Assembly: GCA_043228905.1 (NCBI GenBank)
Contig: JBHGNT010000006.1
Span: 18,042,001-18,106,000, forward strand
Length of the DNA: 64,000 bases
Source: Azolla caroliniana
Lineage: Eukaryota; Plantae; Polypodiophyta
Reading direction: 5' to 3'
A program made the position numbers and the translations under genes. A model generated the notes under the pieces. It saw nothing but the letters and a program-made list of their open reading frames with translations, was not told where the DNA came from and made no database searches. How positions within the stretch are numbered: position 1 is the stretch's first letter; the number at the start of each line of letters is the position of its first letter. Positions 33,630 through 41,883 of the stretch are shown piece by piece.

Positions 33630-36600
33630 TTATAACATGGTCGTGTCAAGAGTTCGAATCTTGACATTATCCCCCCTCTTACGCCGCCTTCCCAAATCGG
33701 CCGCTGGTTTGTGGGGATATCGGTGATGAAAATCTTGGACGACCTCTAGGGCATTTTGTAAATTTGCCGATGGTTCCCATGTGGCCTCAGACATGGGGTA
33801 ACCCCTCCATAGGACGAGGTATTGCAAGTGTCGACGGTGCCAACGCGAGTCAAGGATTTGGTCGACCTCGTATTCCTCCCCTGTCGTCAACTGCACAGGT
33901 GGTGGTGGTGGGGCTTGACGTCCTGGGAGTTGTGAAGCATAATGGGGTTCGAGGAGGGAGACATGAAAAACATCGTGAATCCGGAAGTGGGATGGAAGGG
34001 CGAGCCGGAAGGCGACGGGATTGATGCACTCGATGATACGGAATGGTCCCAACTTCTTGTAATCAAGTTTCGCACATGGACGAGTAGTAGAGATGTGTCG
34101 ACGTAACAACCAGACCATGTCTCCAACGACAAAGTGTGGAGTGGAAGATCGATGGCGATCAGCCTGCTTCTTGTATCGTTCATTAGCAAGACTAAGCTCC
34201 AAGGATAAATCATGATGTACTTCTTCCAAAATGCGGGCACGATCCTCCGCCGAAGGGTTCACGGAAGTGGTAGGAAGGGAAATGTTGAAGCGAGGATGTA
34301 AACCATAGTTGGCAAAGAAGGGAGTGACGCCAGTCGATGCATGGAGAGAATTATTGTAGGCGAATTCCGCGAGCGAAAGTAAGTTGACCCAATCATCTTG
34401 TTGGTAACTAACCGAGCACCGAAGATACTGCTCAAGGATTTGGTTGACACGCTCCGTTTGCCCGTCAGTTTGGGGGTGATAAGCGGAGGACAACTTGACA
34501 GAGATGCCTAAAGTTTGTAGCAAGCGCTGCCAGAAGTGAGAGACAAACTGGGGTCCGCGATCCGAGATGACATCATCGGGGAGTCCATGCAAGCGTACTA
34601 CATTGTTGAGTAGGAGATGCACCATTCCTTCTCCGGAAATGGTTTTGGAGCATGGAGTGAAGTGAGCCATCTTCGTAAACCGATCGACAACGACCAACAC
34701 CGAGTCATAACTATTGACCAAGGGTAGATCAGTTATCAGGTCCATAGAGATAGAGGCCCAAGGACGACGAGGACATGGAAGCGGCTGTAGTAAGCCGTAT
34801 GGCCGATGATGAATGGCTTTGGAGCGAGCACAAACCTCACAACTCTTTATGTATTCTTTGACCAGCTTCCATGGTTGTGGCCACCAATACCCCCGAGAGA
34901 TTAGCTCGAGGGTTTTCGCGACCCCGAAATGACCTGCAAGTGGGTCATCGTGGCATTCCCGCAACACCCGGGTGCGACATGGGCCCTCTGGGACGTATAA
35001 GAGATGATCTCGGAACAACAAACCCTCTTGTATGGTGAAGGTGTCAAGATCCTTCCTTTTGGTCGCCTTGGAGGGGTTTTGCAGACTATCTCGAATCTCG
35101 TTGGCGAACGCATCGGTCTTGGATGCATCAGTGATTTGTTGGAGTAAAGAATCATCCTGCAACATACAAGTGGCAAACATATGCAATTGGTCGGGTTTCA
35201 ACAAACGTCTAGATTGTTGAGCGTAAGCAGCATCCCCAGGGCGGAGTGCAAGGTCAGCTCGGCGAGAAAGGGCATCAGCCTTCCCATGTTGGCCACCAGG
35301 TCGAAATACAATCTCAAAATCGTAGTCAGCGAGAAATGTTGACCAACGGGCCTGCCTTCGATTCAAAGTACGAGTGGTGGAAAAATAAACTAAATTTTTA
35401 TGATCAGTCACTACCTGGACACGATGTTGTGCGCCGGCCAAGTAGGGTCGCCATTCTTCAAAGGCAGCAATGATAGCAGCAAGCTCCTTGTCGTAAATGG
35501 GATAATTGATTTCGGATGCCGTAAATTTTCGGGAATAGTAAGCCACTGGGTGCATTAGGTTGTTGTCGTCTGCTTGGGATAAGATGGCGCCAATGGCAAA
35601 GTCAGAGGCATCGGTTTCGACTTGGAAGGGTTTTGTGGGGTCGGCATGTAGCAGCACCGGGGCAGTGATGAATGCGTGTTTGAGTGAGTCGAACGCATTT
35701 TGTGCCTCCGAGGTCCATAAAAATGGAGTGCCCTTATGGGTGAGAGCGATAAGAGGTTGTGCTAGGGTGGAAAACCCCTTGATGAAGCGACGGTAAAAAT
35801 TTGCGAAGCCGAGGAAGGATTGCACATCTTTAAGTCGCCTTGGAGTCGCCCACGCCTGAATGACAGAGACCTTCTTCATATCCATGGTGATGCCAGTGGA
35901 CGAGATGATGTAGCCCAGAAATTCGATCGAGGTACGGTCGAACTCGCATTTCTCGCCTTTGGCATAAAGGCCATGCTCGCGAAGTTTGGCCAGAACTAAT
36001 TGGACTTGGCGAGTGTGCTCCTCCATGTTTGGCGAGAAAATGAGAATATCATCGAGGTAAATGACAACAAAAAGATCAAGATATTCCCGGAAAATATCGT
36101 TCATCATATGTTGAAAAACTGCGGGAGCGTTAGTAAGACCAAAAGGCATTACCTTGTATTCGAAATGCCCATACCGTGTTCGAAATGCGGTTTTCCATTC
36201 ATCCCCCGGCTTGATGCGTACTAGATTGTACGCGCCACGCAGATCAACTTTGGAGAAGACACGCGCAACTCGGAGGCGATCAAGGAGTTCGGGGATCAGA
36301 GGTAGCGGATAGCGGTTGCGCACAGTGAGTTTGTTGAGACCTCGGTAGTCGACGCATAAGCGTAGAGAGCCGTCCTTCTTCTTCACAAATAAAATGGGGG
36401 CCCCGGCTGGTGACTTAGAAGGTTGAATAAAGCCTTTCGCGAGGTTCTCATCAAGATACACACGAAGGGCCTTCAACTCTGGTGCAGACAACGCATATAG
36501 AGGACCAAAGGGTGGACACGCACCTTCTTGAAGATCAATCGGACAGTCGTAGAGCCGATGTTCAGGCAACCGATCAGCATTACATTTTTCAAATACGTCG

Positions 36601-37178
36601 GAGAAGTGTTGGTATTTTTCGGGAATAACATGGAGTGTGTTAGAAATGGCGCCACAAACAAACCCATCCTGGACGAATGATGGGGTAGTCAATTCGGAGT
36701 CGACCGTCTCCGAAGGATAGGAAACTGAATTTACCTTCATACTTTTGCACGAGCATCTTGGCTTGCTAAATGTGATCGAGCGGTTGCACCAATCTACTAT
36801 TGGATTGTGCGCCTCCAACCACGTTAGTCCTAAGACGATCGGATGTCGAGGAGATGCGATGAGGTAAAAGGTGAGCTCCTCTTGGTGTGAGCCCACCCGA
36901 AGCCCTAATGGGATTGTAGCTTGAGTAATTGCACCTGACGAGAGGACGCACCCGTCGATGGCTTCAACTGGAATGGGTTTTGAGAGGCCAACGACAGGTA
37001 CGCCATGTGCTTGGGCAAACGCGACGTCGATGAAGCAAGAAGATGCCCCAGAATCAAGTAAAGCAACAGACTGAATGGAACTAGAGTTAAACGAAAGCCA
37101 TACCTCCAATGTGAAATTGCCTGATGGTCCGGCAATGGAACCAAGAGAATGTGGGCGACGGGAGATGTCCAGTTGCAT
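33630..37178 (-). CDS. Pol (protease, RT, RNase H, integrase, chromodomain), -1 frame relative to gag
   Basis: LLDSGA, YLDD, ETDASD, DDE, EYEVDQILD...YLVLWRGY...TWEP. Confidence 0.93.
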   Translation of the reverse strand: MQLDISRRPHSLGSIAGPSGNFTLEVWLSFNSSSIQSVALLDSGASSCFIDVAFAQAHGVPVVGLSKPIPVEAIDGCVLSSGAITQATIPLGLRVGSHQEELTFYLIASPRHPIVLGLTWLEAHNPIVDWCNRSITFSKPRCSCKSMKVNSVSYPSETVDSELTTPSFVQDGFVCGAISNTLHVIPEKYQHFSDVFEKCNADRLPEHRLYDCPIDLQEGACPPFGPLYALSAPELKALRVYLDENLAKGFIQPSKSPAGAPILFVKKKDGSLRLCVDYRGLNKLTVRNRYPLPLIPELLDRLRVARVFSKVDLRGAYNLVRIKPGDEWKTAFRTRYGHFEYKVMPFGLTNAPAVFQHMMNDIFREYLDLFVVIYLDDILIFSPNMEEHTRQVQLVLAKLREHGLYAKGEKCEFDRTSIEFLGYIISSTGITMDMKKVSVIQAWATPRRLKDVQSFLGFANFYRRFIKGFSTLAQPLIALTHKGTPFLWTSEAQNAFDSLKHAFITAPVLLHADPTKPFQVETDASDFAIGAILSQADDNNLMHPVAYYSRKFTASEINYPIYDKELAAIIAAFEEWRPYLAGAQHRVQVVTDHKNLVYFSTTRTLNRRQARWSTFLADYDFEIVFRPGGQHGKADALSRRADLALRPGDAAYAQQSRRLLKPDQLHMFATCMLQDDSLLQQITDASKTDAFANEIRDSLQNPSKATKRKDLDTFTIQEGLLFRDHLLYVPEGPCRTRVLRECHDDPLAGHFGVAKTLELISRGYWWPQPWKLVKEYIKSCEVCARSKAIHHRPYGLLQPLPCPRRPWASISMDLITDLPLVNSYDSVLVVVDRFTKMAHFTPCSKTISGEGMVHLLLNNVVRLHGLPDDVISDRGPQFVSHFWQRLLQTLGISVKLSSAYHPQTDGQTERVNQILEQYLRCSVSYQQDDWVNLLSLAEFAYNNSLHASTGVTPFFANYGLHPRFNISLPTTSVNPSAEDRARILEEVHHDLSLELSLANERYKKQADRHRSSTPHFVVGDMVWLLRRHISTTRPCAKLDYKKLGPFRIIECINPVAFRLALPSHFRIHDVFHVSLLEPHYASQLPGRQAPPPPPVQLTTGEEYEVDQILDSRWHRRHLQYLVLWRGYPMSEATWEPSANLQNALEVVQDFHHRYPHKPAADLGRRRKRGDNVKIRTLDTTML

Positions 37179-37183
37179 GGCTC

Positions 37184-38200
37184 CTACTGCAACCGAACGA
37201 TGTCGTTTTCCGGATGTTGGGGTCCGTTAGCTCGATGGAATTGTGGGCGAGTACTCCTAGGACAATGGCGAACGACATGACCGGAGGCGCCACAATACAT
37301 GCACAAGCCATTAGCCCGCCGAAATTGTCGTTCAGCATCAGTCAATGGCCGAAATCGGGCTTGATCAATTTCCATGGGGACAGGAGCATCTGCCGAAGTA
37401 GGCGAGTGTGAGTATGCTTGGGGTTGTATGACCGGGGCGTGGCGTGGAAGTGAATGAGGTGGAACCCAAGTCCGGCGCTCTTCTTGGCGAAATTCGAAAA
37501 GACGATTGTCACAATGGACTGCTTGTGAAATCGCTTGGGATAACGAGGTGGGCTCCGGAAAGTTTAAGAGAAGATTCTTGACATTACTTCGAAGACCGCG
37601 CCGAAAGTGATCAACTAAAGCTTGATCATCCCAATTGACGTCGCATGCTAGTTGTCGAAATTCGGAAGCATAGACCGAAGCTGCACGTGAACCTTGTTCG
37701 AGTGCATAAATCTTGTTAAGAGCTGTACGTCGTCGGTCCGTCTCTCCAAATGTGGCCTCTAACTCGGCGAGGAAGGCGGGAAAGTCCTCCAATAAAGGTG
37801 ATGAGGTTTCTACCAATGGTGCAAACCAAGCTTGGGCCGGACCGGAGAGAAGGGTGCCCACAAGACCGACTTGTCGAAGACCATCTCCATAACGTTGAGG
37901 TTGTAGCCGAATGATAAGTCGAACTTGGTTGATGAACCCTCGGAAACGCGACCTCGTTCCATCAAATTTTTCTGGGAGGCTAACCTTAGGCTCAAGAAAC
38001 TGTGACGAAGCTAGGCTAGATGTTGGTAGAAGATCGGGCTCTAGGCTAGGTTGTTGTGGGAGACTAGGGTTCGGGGGTTGTGAGGATAAGGAGGTACCGA
38101 CTTGAAGTTCTTGTAAAGAATTTCGAAGAGCTTCATTTTCAAGTTGTAGTTGTCGTAAGGCTACCATTATTTGGCCTAACTCACTAGTTGAGTCGGACAT
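37184..38200 (-). CDS. Gag (PEG10/Ty3-like)
   Basis: LPEKFDGTR, GPAQAWF, PVPMEID, CMYCGASGHVVRHC. Confidence 0.93.
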   Translation of the reverse strand: MSDSTSELGQIMVALRQLQLENEALRNSLQELQVGTSLSSQPPNPSLPQQPSLEPDLLPTSSLASSQFLEPKVSLPEKFDGTRSRFRGFINQVRLIIRLQPQRYGDGLRQVGLVGTLLSGPAQAWFAPLVETSSPLLEDFPAFLAELEATFGETDRRRTALNKIYALEQGSRAASVYASEFRQLACDVNWDDQALVDHFRRGLRSNVKNLLLNFPEPTSLSQAISQAVHCDNRLFEFRQEERRTWVPPHSLPRHAPVIQPQAYSHSPTSADAPVPMEIDQARFRPLTDAERQFRRANGLCMYCGASGHVVRHCPRSTRPQFHRANGPQHPENDIVRLQ

Positions 38201-38623
38201 AGCTATGGCTTATGAGAGGGAGAGCTATGAGGATGGGAAGGTGAACAAACTGTCACGGATCATAAACTCAAGAGACAACCAAGAAGATAACCAAATGGAC
38301 AAGAAAGAAGATAGTACTAAAGGAAAGACTCCATAACTGGTGTTGTTCACCTTGAATTCCTTCAAGGTGAACTCCTCTATTTATACTACATGGCATGCAC
38401 ACTTGTTGCACGCATGTGAATCTACAATAGAGCATGTAGGTATGCATGCATGTGCCAAGTGTAAATACTACAAGGGAGCAACTATGCACATGATGCTAGC
38501 AAAATAATAAGGACCAATTACATACATAACTAGTACTAGATATCTTGGTTAACTCATAATAGTAGATTATAACATGGTCGTGTCAAGAGTTCGAATCTTG
38601 ACACTTAGAAGTCGTTGAAAGGA

Positions 38624-38779
38624 ATATTTGAGCATGATTCTTTCACGCTTCTTCTAGAGATCTTTCCTGTTAACGCAACTATTATTTTGCCCATTCATGG
38701 AGTTTTGTTTAGTACTTTCAAATAATATTATTATCTACTGCTAGTATGTAACGTGGGTTGGCTCGGTTTACCTAGTGTT
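38624..38779 (+). pseudogene. nad2: Mitochondrial nad2 exon 1, NUMT copy
   Basis: (ATA)FEHD...EIF.VNATII..I.GV.FST.K*Y.Y...V.NVGWLGL.SV; exactly 156 nt, matching the nad2i156 insertion site. Confidence 0.88.
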
Positions 38780-40252
38780 ATGTGTCTAGGAAGGCACGTT
38801 CTGGGATGCGGGGGTTGAAAGCCATCGCTCGGATGGACTCCCTAACTGGCAGGGATCGGACTACTGCCAAACACCATAACATGGGGACTATCCGCTCGCC
38901 GCAGGGCTAGTCGTACGCAACAGGAGCAAGGTAACTCCCCCAGTTTGTAGAATGTTCCGGGAGGCACTTGAGTCCGAACGCTATTATTCATGTGCGACCA
39001 ACCCTCCGAGAGTAACTGTAATAAGCAGGTTCTGTGTACGCAGTACCAAACGGCGAGTCAACTACCAGACGCGCAACCTAGGGATCACCCGAATGGACTC
39101 TATAAAGATTGACTTCAATATAAGTAGAGCATAGCCGCCCAATCCTTAAAGATCGAGGCTTTGTTGGCCCGTACGGGTGAAAGATCCTGTCATAATGTAC
39201 TCCGGAAATTACACCAGGCAACCCAAGTCGAGCATGCGACAATGCCCCCATGAAGAGCTCCGAGGAAAGGGAGGTAGATGATAGTGTGATATTCTGTAAA
39301 CGGACACGCAGAAGTGTCCCCGACAGGTGTACTACACCTAGCGAAAAAGAAAGAAATCGTACGTGGTGGGATAAGCGAATTAGGAGAATGCAGTTGACAG
39401 ACTGGGAAATTTCCCGACCGAATCTCATATGAGACAACTGGAGTAAGCTGCTTGCTGCTTTGGGGCTGGCTACTTCTACAGCCGAGGAACCGGCGGACGA
39501 TGGAACCTTAGCAAATGGAATGGGCGAAATGGAGATACCTACTCCTGTGAGTCATAGAGAATATACGCTCCGGAACTTGCTCTCCGACCTATACAGTGAT
39601 GGTAAGTAGGTCACTCTTGTAGTCAGACTAGCAAGTCGAGCCGCTCGCAAACAAAACTTCTCCAGCCAAGCCAAGCCAAGCCAGGATTGTCCTAAACGTA
39701 AGCCCTGGACACACAACAATAGACATTCTATACTTCCCCCAACAAGCAAGAAAGAAGTGGATAGCTACGCTTGACTCGCTGAGCAAGATGCATTGTGACT
39801 GGATTCCCCCCTGACGAGCCTCACTATAAGTCCTAGAGTAGTGCGGTATGGTAAAGCAACACGGCTAGCCTTCCAGAGACCCGAACTCACTGAAAGCCAA
39901 ATGGAGCCAGCGGGACTTCCGTAGTCAAATAATCGTCCGGGAATCTTTGGTTCAAAATACGGACCTTCGGCCTTCTTTCGTAGAGTGAAGGGCGTGGGTG
40001 AAACTTTTGCTGAATGAAGGACACAAGCAAGGTCGGTTGGTAATTTTGAAGCGAACTCGCGTCTAGACATAGTAAATAGAACTTGAATTCAGGCAACTAA
40101 GCCACGTACTCTGAACACATAAACCAGTGTTCGATTTGAAAGGTTCGCTTGTTCCCGTGAATCTCCAGCAGAAGTCATCACAAACGAGCCACATGCGGGG
40201 AAACTTGCACATGTGGTTCTGACCAGAGAGGGAAGACCTACCCCATCGGTTT
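38780..40252 (+). other. Group II intron nad2i156 (cis), NUMT copy
   Basis: Between exons 1 and 2; degenerate 5' end ATGTG; domain V GAGCCACATGCGGGGAAACTTGCACATGTGGTTC at ~40187-40220. Confidence 0.85.
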
Positions 40253-40638
40253 CTAATAACCATCGTACCAGTCGCTGCTGGCGCACCCATAACGTTTGCT
40301 AATCTACCATATAATAATGGTATGAAAGACAATTCAACATATTTTCGCGAAATATTGCCACTATTAAGTACGGCTAGTACTATTGTTACGTGTTTGGATT
40401 ATTTTAAACGGGAGAGGTTGAATGCTTCTGAATCCATTGTATTAACTTTACCTTCCACTCGCAGTATGCCTTTCATGGTCTTGGCCTACGATTCAATTGC
40501 CATGTATTTAGCTATCGAGCCTTAAAGTTCATGTTTTCATGTGATCGCAGCCTTGAAGAGAGACTCTGAATTTTTCATGGAAGCCGGCCTAAAATATTCT
40601 ATTTCAGGTGCATTCTCCTCCGGAATATTATTGTTTGG
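40253..40638 (+). pseudogene. nad2: Mitochondrial nad2 exon 2, NUMT copy
   Basis: LITI...GAP...STASTIV.CLDYFK...AYD.IAMYLAIE.*S.CF.VIAA.KRDSEF..EAGLKY...[11 protein letters not shown]; 386 nt, ending at position 542. Confidence 0.93.
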
Positions 40639-41770
40639 GTACGACTGGCCAACTACCGATATAGGCAGCGATGGCGACGAGCTATGCCTTAATTTCCGAT
40701 GTGCGACATCTCACTGGTTGGGATAGAGATTCTCCTGGTCTCATTCCATGGCGGCGGAAAGAGTCCTCGGCGTAAAGTTAAGATTAGAAGAAGTAGAGAG
40801 AAAGAAATATACTTGGAGGAGGGTCCCGAGAGAGAGTGTAACCCAGCAAGGACAACAGGAGGGTGCGAAGAAGCCCAATACTTCAACTAAAGGAGCAACC
40901 TTAGTTGGTTCACTAAACCCCAGCCCAGCACTACATGTTCTCCTGGGTCCCGCCGAGGATCCCTCAAGTACCCTTGTCCCGACTTCTCCTGGGATAGGCG
41001 TTATCGAAGACAAGCCAAGAATGGCCGAAGTAAGTGGACACCCACCTTACCGGTTAGAGAGGCCCTCTTTAAGACATTCACCAAAATGTTCACAGGGGCT
41101 AGGAACACTCGATCGTAGGAACTTCCGTACACCACTTACGGATCGCTCCGGGGTACGCAACAACCTTGACCAAATCTACCAAACGAATCAGGCCTTCGGC
41201 CCTGATCACGTGCACTATCAGCTTTATCCAATACATGGTCTTGGATAAAGATTTGTTGTTTACTGCTTACGGAAACATCCGATGATCACACCCCACCGCT
41301 GCCACGGGAAATTATTCAGAACTTCAATCTTCCGAGAAGAGAGAGAAAGATTCGTAAAACTTTTCAGTCAAACAAGATATTCGATCCACTTATATAGATA
41401 TATCTATGTACATATGAATATGTACGTATTCTTTGCTCTCTATTTTGTAGAACCGTCGTTCTTCAAACCAACCTTGCGGCGGGCCGGGCTGGGCCGGCGG
41501 CGTTCTCCTATTAAATCATTCCCACGATACGGGCAATATGATACTGGCATTATCAATGTGTTAAGCGAGGAAAAACTGAAGATGGATTGGCTCTCAGCCA
41601 GCTAGCAGCAGAGTTACAGAGAGCGTCGCCCGGGCGCAGACCTTCTGATGGCCTACCGTGCCCCTAGACGAAAGGGCAACCATCTACACCTGAAATACTG
41701 GCGACAGTATTTGCTTGCGGCGGAACAACAAAAAAGAGTGCAGTCTCCCGCTTAACTGGAATTTGATAAG
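40639..41770 (+). other. 5' part of group II intron nad2i542
   Basis: Starts GTACG (variant of GTGCG) directly after exon 2; no domain V seen before the NUMT ends. Confidence 0.7.
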
Positions 41771-41883
41771 GTTTCGCAAGACACTTCAACATATACCTGA
41801 CGTTAGCAAGGGGGAACCAAGGTTTCTGCCTCGGTTCCCCCGGCAGGCAGGCATTCTCGGAACATCAACCAGAGGCTAACAAC

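Larger units (their letters stand above)
33314..38603 (-). mobile_element. Intact chromovirus, family 2, inserted into the NUMT
   Basis: 353-bp LTRs 33314-33666 and 38251-38603 with no difference seen; TSD CTTAG (33309-33313, 38604-38608); PPT AAGAGGGGGGATAA; intact gag and pol. Confidence 0.97.
31620..41770 (+). other. Nuclear insertion of mitochondrial DNA (NUMT), ~4.9 kb net, boundaries approximate
   Basis: Contains unedited nad2 exons, group II intron domain V/VI motifs (GAGCCGTATGATGGG at ~32058, GAGCCACATGCGGGG at ~40187) and mitochondrial trnY, all inside retrotransposon DNA. Confidence 0.92.

Noticed and set aside
40748-41248. 166-aa ORF in the NUMT as a gene
   Set aside because: It lies within intron nad2i542 and has no recognisable motifs.
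31620-41770. Window being genuine mitochondrial genome
   Set aside because: The mitochondrial part is a small truncated island among heavily C>T/G>A-decayed nuclear-type retroelements, and it has damaged start and splice sites.
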